Shown here piece after piece: positions 1 through 13,029 of a stretch of DNA of 64,000 bases; position 1 is the first letter of the stretch, and each line of letters starts with the position of its first letter. The DNA is taken from assembly GCA_951406725.2 (NCBI GenBank), contig OX597818.1, positions 28,644,001 to 28,708,000 on the forward strand. The letters run 5' to 3'. Under the pieces are notes generated by a model. It had not been told where the DNA came from, searched no databases, and saw only the letters and a list, made by a program, of their open reading frames with translations. The DNA comes from Octopus vulgaris. Taxonomy: Eukaryota. The position numbers and the translations under genes are program-made.

Positions 1-42
<42 letters not shown>

Positions 43-78
43 ACATGTATATATCCATATATATATACATATATATAA

Positions 79-1259
79 TTGGCAAAGTTGGAATCCGTGG
101 AAAAGTTCTACACTGGATTAAGTATTTCCTGGCGAATAGAACACAACATGTTGTAGTTGATGGAGTCCACTCAAGCCCAGCAAAAGTCACCAGCGGTGTT
201 CCCCAGGGGACTGTCTTGGGCCCGCTACTCTTTATAATTTACATAAACGACCTTTCCAGTGTTGTACATTACTGTAAAGTGAAAATATTTGCTGATGACA
301 CTAAGCTCCAGCAAATCGTCAATGAAGAAGCAGACCAAACTCAACTCCAGTCTGATCTATATGCTGTGAGTCAATGGGCAGACAGAAACAAAATGCAACT
401 GAACGAGGGAAAATTTGAGCTGATGCATTTTGGAAGAAATTCCTCACTAAAACAGCCATACTCTCTTCCTTCAGGGGAACTGCTCACAGCCTCTAACAAT
501 ATCAGAGACCTGGGTGTAATTGTTGATGCCGATCTCAGTTGGAGTGCACACATCAAGAAGAAGGTCGATATAGCTCGTAGGATGAGTTCCTGGATCTTAA
601 GAACTTTCCGGTCCAGAGAACAAGGTGTCATCATACCACTTTTCTCCTCCTTTGTACGGCCACACCTCGAATACTGCTGCCCACTGTGGTCTCCCCATAC
701 AAGACGAAACATCTCGAGGATTGAATCAGCCCAGAGGGCACTCACTAAACGAATTGAAGGCATGGCTGCTCTTGATTATTGGGATCGCCTTAAAGCCTTG
801 AAACTCTACTCTCTCCAGCGTCGCCGTGAGCGGTACATCATTTGTACGACGTGGAGAATATACCGCCAACTTTGCCCAAACGACCTGAACATTAGCTTCA
901 AGGTTCATCCAAGACTGGGACCACGGGCCATACGTCCCCTGCCCAATTCAAGATCACAGCATACATGTACACTGCAACATAATTTCTTTTCCTCAACAGG
1001 CCCTGCTCTATTTAACATTGTCCCGAAAGAGATCAAAGAGGAAAAGGATCCCATCAACTTTAAACGGAGTCTGGATAGATTCCTTCAAGGAATACCAGAT
1101 AAGCCACCCATAATTAGATACAACTCACCCAACAAGACTCACTACTTGAATGGACCATAAACAAAACTTGACTTAAACAGGATTCAGATAATCCTATCAG
1201 GTGGTGCTATTAAGTTAGACATGGCCTGGACCAATCTTTGGTCGAAACATATCTAAGTT

Positions 1260-1262
<3 letters not shown>
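79..1262 (+). mobile_element. 5'-truncated CR1/L2-group LINE (RT C-terminal half plus 3' UTR)
   Basis: ORF 45..1160 has GVPQGTVLGPLLF, FADD, RDLGV, RPHLEYCCPLWSP and LYSLQRRRER motifs. The first ~11 codons are TA microsatellite. A short 3' UTR ends at the (TA)n tract. Confidence 0.92.
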
Positions 1263-1300
<38 letters not shown>

Positions 1301-1310
1301 ATATATATAT

Positions 1311-1475
1311 AGGGAGGGTTTACGAAAAAAACAAAAGACAAAGACAGGTGGTGTACAAAACAAACAGATGTATTAGTACAACGCTCAGGAACAGAAAAGT
1401 CTTTTACGTTTCAAGCCTACGCTCTTCTACAGAAAGGGACACAGAAAAAACAAGGAGAGAAAAAAATGTGTGTAG
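1311..1475 (-). mobile_element. Short repeat carrying a minimal hammerhead-like motif (probable Penelope-like pseudo-LTR fragment)
   Basis: Reverse complement aligns by eye with 16620-16775 and, more loosely, 56160-56290. Contains CTTT-CTGTAGA-A-GAGC-gtag-GCTT-GAAAC-GTA-AAAG. Confidence 0.55.
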
Positions 1476-1582
1476 TGGCTTTGTGGGTAAGCAGAGGGTG
1501 GGTGCAGAGGTGGGGGAGGGGTGTGGGATAGCATGGGGGGATGGGAAGGATATATATATATATATATCCATATATATATTCC

Positions 1583-1953
1583 TTTAACGTCCGCTTTCCA
1601 TGCTAGCATGGGTTGGACGATTTTGACTCAGGGCATCCAGCTCTAGAAACACTTCCAGATCACACTAGAGCCTGGCACAGCCTCCAGGCTTCCCAGACAC
1701 TGGTCGAACCATCCAGCCCAACAGACGTTAAACGATGATGATGATGATATATATATATATATACACATATATATATATATATACATACATACATATATAT
1801 ATATATATGTACATATATACACACACATATATACATATATATACACACACATATACATATATATATACACTAGAGCCTGGCACAGCCTCCAGGCTTCCCA
1901 GACACCGGTCGAACCATCCAACCCAACAGACGTTAAACGATGATGATGATGAT
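1583..1953. mobile_element. RTE-type 3' tail fragments: one inverted piece plus a duplicated sense piece ending in (GAT)n
   Basis: 1583-1628 is the reverse complement of the RTE tail at 61735-61770. About 1672-1748 and 1868-1953 are near-identical copies ending gacgttaaacgatgatgat. Confidence 0.75.
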
Positions 1954-2068
1954 ATATATATATATACATACATACATATATATATACATACATACATATA
2001 TATATACATACATATATATATATACATACATACATATATATATATACATACATACATATATACATACA

Positions 2069-2439
2069 CTAGCAGTATCGCCCGGCATTGCTCAGGTTTG
2101 TAAGGGAAATAACTATAAAGCATTTTTAGAGAGTTATAGCCAATAAATAGCAAAAAAATTATGGTAAATTTTTTTTTGAGTTAAAAAGGTTGAGTTGCGT
2201 CCCCTAGACAGTCTGTGGTTTGTTTCTGATTCTCGACCCCATGTCGATTTTATCGATTTTTTTCAGAACTGGGGGAACTTTTCAAAATTTTCGCTGCGTT
2301 AGTTTTGAATTATGACATTGGGCTATGTGTGTGTCAAGTTTCATCAGAATCGGTTGAAAGCCGTGGTCAGGGTGAGGGTACAAGCAAACAGACACACAGA
2401 AACACGCACAGACAAACTGCCGTTTATATATAGAGAAGA
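2069..2439 (-). mobile_element. Non-autonomous Helitron
   Basis: On the minus strand it begins TC and ends with a GC-rich hairpin plus CTAG, inserted between A and T. The 3' end is shared with the copies at 17066, 48191 and 48712. Confidence 0.8.
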
Positions 2440-2566
2440 TACATATATATATATATATATACATACATATATATATACATACATACATAAATATATATAT
2501 ATACATACATATATATATATATATACATACATATATATATATATACATACATATATATATATATAC

Positions 2567-4525
2567 TTTGATACTTTGATACTTTGATACTTTGATAGGT
2601 TTCGGCCATTATTGGCCCAGGCCATGTCTAATAGCACCACCTGGTGAAGTCTTTCAAGTCAGAATTTGGGCACTATGGCCCACTCAAGTAGAGAGTTATT
2701 GTTTACAGAGACATATCCGGGTGTAGGGGGTTTATCCGGGATTTCTTGAAGGAATCTGTCCAAAGACTTCTTGAACCCTATAGGGTCAGTTTCTGTTTTA
2801 ATGTGTTTTGGTGTAATGTTAAAGAGAGCGGGGCCAATTGAGGTGAAATAATTGTGCCGTATTGTTGTTATGAGATGAGAGTGCGATTTTTGTTTTGGGC
2901 GGATGGCACGGGGCCCAAGCCTTGGATGTACCTTAAAGGTGATGCCAACATCATTTGAGCAATGCTGATGGAATATTTTCCACATCATGCAGATGATGTA
3001 GCGCTCACGACGACGTTGGAGAGAATAGAGTTTTAGCTTTTCTAGTCGACCCCAATAGTCGAGGCCTGTCATGCCATCTATCTTTTTTGTGATTGCCCTT
3101 TGAGGTGCTTCGACTTTTATGATACCTTGTATTGTGTGGGGAGACCACAGTGGACAACAGTATTCAAGGTGGGGTCGGGCAAAAGTGGAGAAGAGAAGGA
3201 TAATGGTGTGGATATCTCTCGACTGGAAAGTTCTGAGAATCCAGGAACACATTCTGCGGGCCATGTCAACTTTGGTGTTTATATGAGTGGCCCAGCTTAC
3301 GTTGTTGTCCACAATTACTCCCAAGTCTCTGATGTTGTTGGACGCCGCGAGAGTTTCACCTGAAGGAAGGGAGTATGGGAGTTTCAGGGCATCCTCTTTT
3401 CCAAAGTGGATTAGCTCAAATTTATCCTCGTTCAGCAGCATATTGTTTTTTTCTGCCCATTGGATAACAGCCAGTAGATCTGACTGAAGGCATGTCCGGT
3501 CACTCGCCTCATTTATGACCTTCTGTAGCTTGGAGTCATCTGCAAAGATTTTTATGTTGCTGTGCTTGATGATGTCATTAATGTCATTAATGTAAATGAA
3601 AAGAAGTGGGCCCAGCACAGTGCCTTGCGGAACGCCACTACTGACTTTGGCTGGGCTTGATTTTACCCCTTCAACTACAACATGTTGAGATCTGTCTGTC
3701 AGGAAACACTTAATCCATTTCAGTAACTTTCCAGAGACACCAATGTTGGATAGTTTTTTCAATAGGATCTTGTGATCGACCCTGTCGAAGGCCTTACTGA
3801 AATCAAGGTAGATGACATCGGTGTTGGAGCCCTCTCCCAAAGCTCTCAAAATGTCCTCAAAGTGATGCAGGAGCTGCGTTAGGCAGTCCCTTCCATTACG
3901 GAACCCATGTTGGTTGGAGATCAGCCGTCTGTTGCTTTCCAGAAATTGGGTTATTTGAGATCTCACCACCCTCTCAAATACCTTGATGATATGAGAGGTG
4001 AGTGAGATCGGACGGTAATTCACTGCAAGGGACTTGTTTCCCTTTTTGAAAACTGGGACAACAGACTGGGACAGAAGGTTTTTGGAATATAGCCAGCATC
4101 CAGTGAGTTTCTCCACAGATTAGCAAGGGGAGATGCAAGTTGGTGTCGACACACCTTCAGGACACAAGCAGGGAACCTATCGGGGCCTACTGCTGAATTG
4201 TGTTTTATTTCGTTTATCGCCGCTAAGACATCAGGGGCACTAAACGTTATGTCCGATATAGTGTGTTGGGGGTTGACATCACTGATACAGCCCAGATCGG
4301 CCATATCAGGATTGCTGAAAACAGAGCAGTATTGTTTCTGCAGTATCTCGGCCATAGATTTGGCATTATCTTGGAGAGGGCCTACAGTGGAGACAGTGAC
4401 CCTGCGTTTCCTCGCAAATGAAAAGAACACTTTGGGGTTGAGTTTGATTTTTTCAATGGCCCACTTCTCCTCAGCTGATCTTTGGTTATTGATGAGGGAC
4501 TTCATGCATTGTTGGAGGTTATATT
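2567..4525 (-). mobile_element. 5'-truncated CR1/L2-group LINE (full RT domain, one frameshift near 4075) with (GTATCAAA)n tail
   Basis: ORF 2659..4116 has NYRPISLTS, QHGFR, YLDFSKAFDRV, GVPQGTVLGP and FADD. The upstream frame (4020..~4520) has [14 protein letters not shown] and GPDRFP. An 8-bp tandem tail lies at 2567-2597. Confidence 0.93.
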
Positions 4526-4577
4526 TTATATATACATACATATATATATATATACATACATACATATATATATATAT

Positions 4578-4608
<31 letters not shown>

Positions 4609-4976
4609 CATACATACATATATATATATATACATACATACATATATATATACATACATATATATATATACATACATATATATATATATATACATACATA
4701 TATACATACATATATACATATATATATATACATACATACATATATATATATACATACATACATATATATATACATACATACATATATATATACATACATA
4801 CATATATATATACATACATATATATATACATACATATATATATACATACATACATATATATATATACATACATACATATATATATATACATACATACATA
4901 TATATATATACATACATACATATATATATATACATACATACATATATATATATACATATATATATACATACATACA

Positions 4977-5008
<32 letters not shown>

Positions 5009-5103
5009 CATATATATATATACATACATACATATATATATATACATACATACATATATATATATACATACATACATATATATACATACATACATATATA
5101 TAT

Positions 5104-5156
<53 letters not shown>

Positions 5157-5171
5157 CATATATATACATAC

Positions 5172-5205
<34 letters not shown>

Positions 5206-5419
5206 ACATATATATATATACATACATACATACATATATATACATACATACATACATATATATACATACATACATATATATATATACATACATACATACA
5301 TATATATATACATACATATATATATATACATACATACATATATATACATACATACATATATATACATACATACATATATATACATACATACATATATATA
5401 CATACATACATATATATAC

Positions 5420-5478
<59 letters not shown>

Positions 5479-5497
5479 GATATATATGTACATATAT

Positions 5498-5530
<33 letters not shown>

Positions 5531-5653
5531 GATATATATGTACATATATACACACACATATATACATATATATATACAAACACATATACATATATATACA
5601 CACATATACATATATATAGACACATACACACACACACATATATATATATATAT
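4526..5653. repeat. ~1.1 kb compound (TA)n/(TACA)n microsatellite
   Basis: Read directly from the sequence. Confidence 0.97.
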
Positions 5654-6770
5654 TGTTGTGGTTCAGCTGGTACAGTATTTCTTGACCTACTTTGTTGAGA
5701 GTGTAGTCTGGAAGTCTGGAATAAAAAGTTACAGCCCTTTGTTTACTGGAAGAGTAATGGCTTTTGGAGGGACCTTTGGCCTTGTGCCGGTCGATTAGGG
5801 GTCAGAGAGATGTGAGGGCCGAGGAAGATAGAGTAAGGAAGAATCTAGTGACAGTGAAGAAGAGGAAGAAGAAAGTAGTGAGAAAGATAGAGTAAGGAAG
5901 AATCTAGTGACAGTGAAGAAGAGGAAGAATAAAGTAGTGAGAAAGACAGAGTAAGGAATATGAGAGCAGATAGAGAGAATATTAGCAGTGCTAAGACAGA
6001 TTGGGGGTGGTGAGAGAGCAGAGGTTTTTGGGAGTCAGGGCGAGCGGTTGGAATTTAAGCAGTCGGCGGTCTTGGAGTATTGGGACAGAGAGAGATATAT
6101 ACAGAGGAATAGGCGGCGATGGAGATGAGGTACAATATGAGGCGTTGGCTAATGTAAGGTACGTGAATTGTGTATTGATATGTGAAGAAAAAGAAGGACA
6201 AGGAATCGATGTATTGAACAGTGAAAAGAAATGAGACAGTGAAAAGAACAATGTGAAATGTGTAAGGACATTGTGTACAGTGTTGTGATTTGAACATTGT
6301 ATAATGAACATTGAACTGTTAGGCCTTTAATGTCCTTCGAACTGTATATGCCTTTAATGTGTTTTGAAATAGAACTGTGTCTTCGGACGTGTACTCTTGA
6401 AATGCTGATGTATTGAACTTCATGTGTTGTTACCGGACGGTTATATTGTATCTGCATGTTTAAATGCTTTGATCTGTGGTATACCTGTATGATGTGTTGA
6501 TTCTGTTACTTGCTTGTATTTACCTGATGTATCTTTAAATGTAATTGATGTTGTAACAATTGATTGTCATATAAACTAGTTGTTAAATGTAAGCCAGTTG
6601 TGCCTTGCCTCTTTGTGTCTCTCTCGATTGCCTCTGTGCTGCTGTTGTTGTTGTATCTATCTCTCCTCTCCTCTCCTTTCCGAGTTTCCGTAGCTTATTC
6701 GCTGCATCGAACGGGCCTGGGTGTGAGGGATTCCGTAACAGTTCGAATCGGAGGTCCCCCCCTCGTAACA
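5654..6770. mobile_element. Probable solo LTR (~1117 bp) of an LTR retrotransposon
   Basis: Termini are TGTTG...TAACA (TG...CA with a short inverted repeat), with ATAT on both sides inside a TA tract. No coding capacity is evident. An internal 59-bp tandem repeat starts at 5827, 5886 and 5945. Confidence 0.65.
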
Positions 6771-6810
6771 ATATATATATATATATATACATATACACAC
6801 ACACATATAT

Positions 6811-8227
6811 ATCATAATCATCATCATCGTTTAACATCCACTTTCCAAGCTGGCAAGGGTTGGACGATTTGACTGAGGACCAGCGAACCATATGACTGCA
6901 CCAGGCTCCAATCTGATCTGGCAGAGTTTTTACAGCTGGATGCCTTTCCTAACACCAATCACTCTGAGAGTGTAGTGAGTGCTTTTACGTGCCACTGGCA
7001 TGAGGGCCAGTCAGGTGGTACTAGCAATGGCCACGCTCAAATGATGTTTTTTACGTGTCACCTGCACAGGAGCCAGTCCGGCGGCACTGGCAACAACCAT
7101 GCTCGAATGTTTTTTCACATGTCACTAGCACAAGTGCCAGTAAGGTGACACTGGTAATGATTACGCTCAAATGGTGCTTTTTACATGCCACCAGCACAGA
7201 AGCCAGTCAGCTGCTCTGGCAACAATCATACTCAGATGGTGCTCTTAGTGCCCCACTAGCACTGATGCCAGTCATCGAATTTGATTTCGATTTCGATTTC
7301 AATTGCCGGAACAGGTCTTTGCAAGCAGAGTTTAGTGTCCAATGAAGGAACGGTACTGTTAAGTGGGCTGGTTATACCCCTGGCATAGGCCATGGGCTAT
7401 GGTCTCACTTGGCTTGCCGAGTTTTCTCACGCACAGCATATTTCCAAAGGTCTCGGTCACTAGTCATTGCCTCGGTGAGGCCTAATGTTCAAAGGTCATG
7501 CTTCACCACCTCATCCCAGGTCTTCCTGGGTCTACCTCTTCCACACGTTCCCTCCACACTTCTTCACACAGCTGTCCTTATCCATACGCAACACATGACC
7601 ATACCAGCTATCCTCATCCTCTCTCACCACATGACCATACCAGCACAGTCGTCTCTCTTGCACACCACATCTGATGCTTCTTAGGCCCAACTTTTCTCTC
7701 AAGGTACTTACACTCTATTGAGTATGCACACTGACATTACACATCCATCGGAGCATACTGGCTTCATTCCTTGCCAGCTTATGCATGTCGTCAGCAGTCA
7801 TGGCCCATGTTTCACTGCCGTATAGCATGGCAGTTCATAGACATACATCATACAGTCTACCTTTTATTCTGAACGAGAGGCCCTTTGTCACCAGCTGAGG
7901 TAAGAGCTCTCTGAACTTTGCCCAGGCTATTCTTCTTCTAGCAGCTACACTTTCAGCGCACCTTCCCCCACTACTGACTTAGTCACCTAGGTAATGGAAG
8001 CTATCAACTACAGTTTTTCTCCCTGGAATGTGGCAGAAGTTGTTCTCTGCATATTTTCAGTGTTTATTGCTTCTGAGCATCTGCCACATACAAAAACTAT
8101 CTTCCCAGTTGACCTTCCTTTGATATTGCTGAACCACTCATGTATCCATAGCTTATACTGGGTACATCTTATAAAGTTTCTACTTACACCTTTCCTACAG
8201 ATCGAGTAGAGCCATCTACCTGAAGGG

Positions 8228-8230
<3 letters not shown>
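6811..8230 (-). mobile_element. 5'-truncated decayed RTE LINE (RT C-terminus, 3' UTR repeats, (GAT)n tail)
   Basis: Reverse complement matches 60370-61790 (GRWxCSICRKGV, RRAWAKFRELLPQLVTKGLS, tail gttaaacgatgatgat). Confidence 0.9.
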
Positions 8231-8277
<47 letters not shown>

Positions 8278-8282
<5 letters not shown>

Positions 8283-8460
8283 GCTTTCAGTTATATCTGC
8301 CACATCTACTCAGAATGCTTTGGTTGATCTGGAGCTATAGTATAACATACTTGCTCAAGGTGTCATGCTGTGAAACTGAACCCAAAGCTACATGTTTGGA
8401 ACACAAACTTCTTAGCCATGTCTGCACTTAACTCTTAAATCACACAGCCATAACTGTGCC
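8278..8460 (-). mobile_element. Decayed tRNA/CORE-type SINE
   Basis: Similar to 43190-43345 and to the reverse complement of 55075-55225 (B-box-like ggttcagtt, caccttgagcaagt). Confidence 0.55.
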
Positions 8461-8751
8461 AATACATAGTAGCCATGAAAATAGATGTAGGCTAGTCAGG
8501 TTCAAATCAATCTGCTAGAAATAGCAGCCAAAATCACCTCAAATCACCACTTATCACCTTAATAAAGGAAAATGAAGCTGCAAAAACAATATGAAATATC
8601 AACATATGCAACACCTTTAAACATAATTTATCAGCACTGGCCTTAGGATTAAACAGCAATAGTTATGATTAAATTCTACAGTGGATACAAATTTATGACA
8701 ATTAAAAATTCTGAATAAAAATGTTTATATAAGAAACATATTGTTACTTAC

Positions 8752-8809
8752 CACAGAAGCACTGTGCAAGGAACAAGTATTTCAAATATAACGGGTTAAA
8801 TTCCATTAT
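8752..8809 (-). other. Candidate 58-nt host exon
   Basis: Minus strand reads ttttctttgtAG|ATAATGG...TTCTGTG|GTAAGT. One open frame gives IMEFNPLYLKYLFLAQCFC. No homology recognised. Confidence 0.25.
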
Positions 8810-9319
8810 CTACAAAGAAAATAATAAATACTGATAGGAACAATTTCTACAAATAGCCCATGATGCAAAATAATAGTGTAAAAAATAATTTAACATAAAT
8901 CATAGAAACTTGTCTTTGCAAAAACAGGAACCCATGAACAAGTATTATCATGGTGAAATTATAAGTAATAAAAAAACTAGACACAGTTAATCTGAAAAAT
9001 ACAAAGAAAAAACAAAAAGCAACATCAGTGTTTTGTTTAGTCATATTTTAAGCATCTTCCATTACACTCTCTCTTTCAAATACCTCAGAACATCCAAGTA
9101 AAATATGATTTTCTATAGGGGTCACTATGAATTTTTGAAACTATTTAAATGTAATTTCTACTGTACATTTTCTTGGAGAGAATCCAAAAACAAACATTTT
9201 GATACTTCATTCGTTAAATTTGAATGAATATTTTAGGAGATATGACAACTTGGGTGGCCAGTGAATTTGTTAAAATCTTGCCTAATTAGCCTACATGAAT
9301 AATTGACCATTTTATATAA

Positions 9320-10270
9320 TATATAATGAAATTATTGTATAAAGTGCTCAGGTGCACCACAACTTGTCAGAAAGTGGGTACAAAGTGTATGCAGTAATGT
9401 ACAAATGTCTGGAAAGCGAACAATGTATGAGTCAGATAATTGCTTGCATGTGTATGGAGGGGAGAAAATCAGGTGTAGTGTTGGTGAATCTCAGAAAGCA
9501 TGGAAGTTTTGAAGGATGCAGTGCTCCGACAACTAACAACTGATGCCAGCAGTTTGTTCCATGCTTCAGCAACTCTGCGTGAAAAAATGTTTCTTAAAGT
9601 CATGGGAGCTGTGCTGTTTTCTGACTTTGTAAATATGCCCACGGGTGTTAGATGGGTGGAGTTTGAAAAGGTGCTCAGAGTTATTGTTTGTAAGATGGTT
9701 AATAATTTTATGGGTGTCTGTCAAGTCAGCTGTCAGACGGCGAAGTTTCAATGTGTCCATGCCCAGGGAAGTAAGGCGTTCAGAATATGGCAAGTGCCTG
9801 ATGGAGGGTATTCTTTTGGTTGCACATCGCTGAACGGCTTCCAGATGATTAATATCCTGGGCAAGATAGGGGTTCCAGACAAGTGATGCAAATTCCAGGT
9901 GAGGTCTTACCATAGCTATATAAAGCCGCAGATAGATAGCCGGAAAGCGGCTCACAAAGGAGTTGGTGAGTGATGCCAAGACACCCTCAGCCTTCTTGGC
10001 AATTTTAGCGATGTGTTTTGTCCAATGCAAATTGCTGTTGACAATAACACCCAGGTCACGTTCACACGAAGACTTTTTGAGATTAGTGTTGTGGAGGGAG
10101 TAGGCAGACGCTGGGTTTTTCCTCCCAAAATGCATGGTGGTACATTTGTCCGCAGCCAGCTTGAGTTGCCATTCCATGATCCACTGCTGCATTGTGTCCA
10201 GGTCTGATTGTAATAGAGAGCTATAGTGTACAGGATCTGACCTCTTTATTTCGAGGTACAGCTTGATTTT
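9320..10270 (-). mobile_element. CR1-group LINE 3' fragment
   Basis: ORF 9566..10192 has WQLKLAADKC, ERDLGV, RPHLEFASLVWNPY and NTRGH. It is the same family as 44975-45700. Confidence 0.9.
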
Positions 10271-12439
10271 GTAATATATCTTTCAAACTGAGGTGATAAC
10301 CAACTGTGAATTACACAAATAGGTGCCTTTCTTTTTCTTTCTTATTTTTCAGGTTTTTGAAAATAAAACTTTGTTTTGGGAGCAATTTTTAAAATATTTA
10401 TGTAAAACCTATTTTGTTACATGTAACAGTCAATTTCAGTGTTTTCAGACTTAGCTAAATTCAAAAGTACAAGTCACAAGGACTTGAGTTTTGGCATATT
10501 TGTAATAGATACAAGCTAAATAAATCCTGAGATTTGGGATCATGACACCATTTCAATACAATTTTAATGGATTATTAAAAATGGCTATAAGCAGCAGAGT
10601 TTGGGATCAAGATGTCCATTTAAGCTGAATTTTGATGGGGATTTTTCCAATTTTCTTTTCACCACCGCCTTGGAAATGACAGGTCAAGGTATATTATAAA
10701 AAAATTTATTGAAAATCTATGATTTTTTCCAACCTCCTACCCTCCCCTCTGGACTGATTTTGGCCTCTTTTTTCGTACAATGCACTTAAAAAAAACAAGA
10801 GAAACGTTTTGGTTATGAAATGATGTTTGAAAACATTTTCAAATGAAAAAGTGTGTGATTTATAGAAGATTTAGCTGTTGCTTCTAGCACATGACATGAT
10901 GACCTGGTACCTTTCTCAGAATTGCATGTACACTCAGATTAAAAGACAAACAAAATGTGAAATCTAATTCCTTGCTTTAGCATTAAAAGCTTGAATTAAA
11001 GATATTAAAAACATCTGTAACATAGCAAACTTGTTAGTAGGAGAGAGACAAAAACCTAAAATGAATATGTAAACACTACTACAAATTATCCAACTATATT
11101 CAAAATTGGGAAAGAAAATGCTTCATATTGAACCTAAATAGTTTACAAAATAATATTCATTGTACAATATAATTGTATTTGCAAAATTTGACCAATATTT
11201 CTCAAAGGACAATGAAATTTACATGTACAAGAATATCCACAAGGTATAATTCAGACATCAACTCCACACTTTGTTACACAACAAGAGGGAATAAAGATTC
11301 ACAATACAATGATTCTATGCTAATTATGGGTTCCAGAAGTCTGATGCAGCTCAATTTAGTGCATTTTTCTAAAGAAATATGTTTACTTAGTAATTAGTTC
11401 ATTTCTTGAAACTCTGGCTCAAACCAGAGCCTTGGATTCTGAAACCTCAGATTTGTGTTCTGTTTGACCTCTCACCACAGAGGAATATGTCACTTTGACT
11501 AGTAGTGTCAGTGTACCACTCTCTTTATTGACTTTGCACTTTTTCACCATACTATGGCCAGTTTCAGCAATGATCATATCTAACTGGCAAGTAATTTTTC
11601 TTTCTTATGACATAAAAATCTTGAAGAAAATGTATTAGTTTCTAAGTGAAAGTTGATGATAAAATTTTCACTTTTATATGTCATAGGGATTATTTGACCT
11701 ACTTTCACTGATTTTTATATCAAAATAAAGCAGTAAAAGTCCTTTTCGTGACAGTATGATCTGCAAAAGAATCAAGTTACACTGCTCCAGCACACTGAAC
11801 AAAGATGAGAGCTACCTTTCAGTAGTCAAAGTAAAAAAAAAAAGGACAAACTTTGTGAATGGGTGGAAATACCAGGGTGATTGAAGGAACATGGCATAAT
11901 ATTTAAGAGTTGGATTTTGATTCAAATTATATGAGAAGAAAGTTCACATAGAAAACTTTCAAATAAAATATGATTTTGACAAAAAAATGATCAAGTAAAC
12001 AGTGTATTCTTGTATTGTCAAACTGTACTTGTCTCCCTCCTATGGTGCTTTATAGTGATAGCTTTCCAGAGTCAGCACTGCCAGTTACAACATTTGCGAA
12101 TGAATATGTCTATGTAAACAATACAATTGAAGAGAGAAAATATAGGTAATGGATGCATTTACATATTTCAAGAGTTATTGCTCTTTCATTAATACCACAT
12201 CTAACCCACCAACAGACCATGGATACATTGCTTAAATACCCAATAAGTTTAACAGTGTAACACAAATGGATAGACTAATTTACATATTAAACACATTCCT
12301 GGCAAACAGTACACACATATAAATTGCTGGCACGGTCAGAGTATTTCATTTTGCAACCATAATATATGATACCTTACTTACACTATATAGTATACTATTA
12401 CACATCCAACCGACTATGTTCAGTTCATTTAATTCTAAT

Positions 12440-12692
12440 CTTCATAAATTTGCACTCAAAGAGGCCCATGTCTCACTTTTAAACAGCATCACACTTCATA
12501 TACAAGCAGCATACAGTCCATCTTACACTCAGAGAAAAAACCCTTTGTTGCCAGCAGAGGTAATAACTTCCTGAACTTCTTCCAATCAGTTCTTACTTTT
12601 ACTACTATGCTCTCTGATCCCCTGCCCTTTACATCAATTAGGTAACCCATGCTAGCATGGAAAACGGACACTAAATGAAATGATGATGAAGT
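12440..12692. mobile_element. Small RTE fragments (minus-strand RT C-terminus joined to a plus-strand tail)
   Basis: ORF 12489..12671 reads WKKFRKLLPLLATKG. Sense tail acccatgctagcatggaaaacggac...tgatgatga lies at 12645-12690. Confidence 0.7.
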
Positions 12693-13029
12693 TATTAACT
12701 AATCCTAGACAGCTCATCAACCACTTTATAGAATGGTTTGAGTGGAATTTTAGTAGTGATTGCCTTCTACACTGTAAGGTGAAAGAGACTTTGCCAGCTG
12801 AATAGTTAGATAGAACAGTGTTGGAGGAAATAGCATGAGTGAGAGAGGATAGTAAGAGTGTGACTGGGATAAGAGGGCAAGTAGATAAGTAAGTGATAGC
12901 CATGGATTAAGAAATCTGATACAAATGAATTGTTCAATGTTCCCATCCCACAATGTTGGTCTACACCTAAACAATGGATTGGGAATTTCTCATGGCCGCA
13001 ATGATCATACTCACTACCTTTAGTCAATT

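Noticed and set aside
1643-5698. Long ORFs rich in Y/I/H/T/M/C/V (e.g. 4198..5619, 4482..5531, 4519..5637)
   Set aside because: They are translations of (TA)/(TACA) microsatellite, which lacks stop codons. Only the CR1-derived portion of 4020..5639 is meaningful.
10900-12400. Unique-looking sequence as coding exons
   Set aside because: Only short ORFs with no recognisable motifs. It could be UTR or intron, but this cannot be supported from sequence alone.
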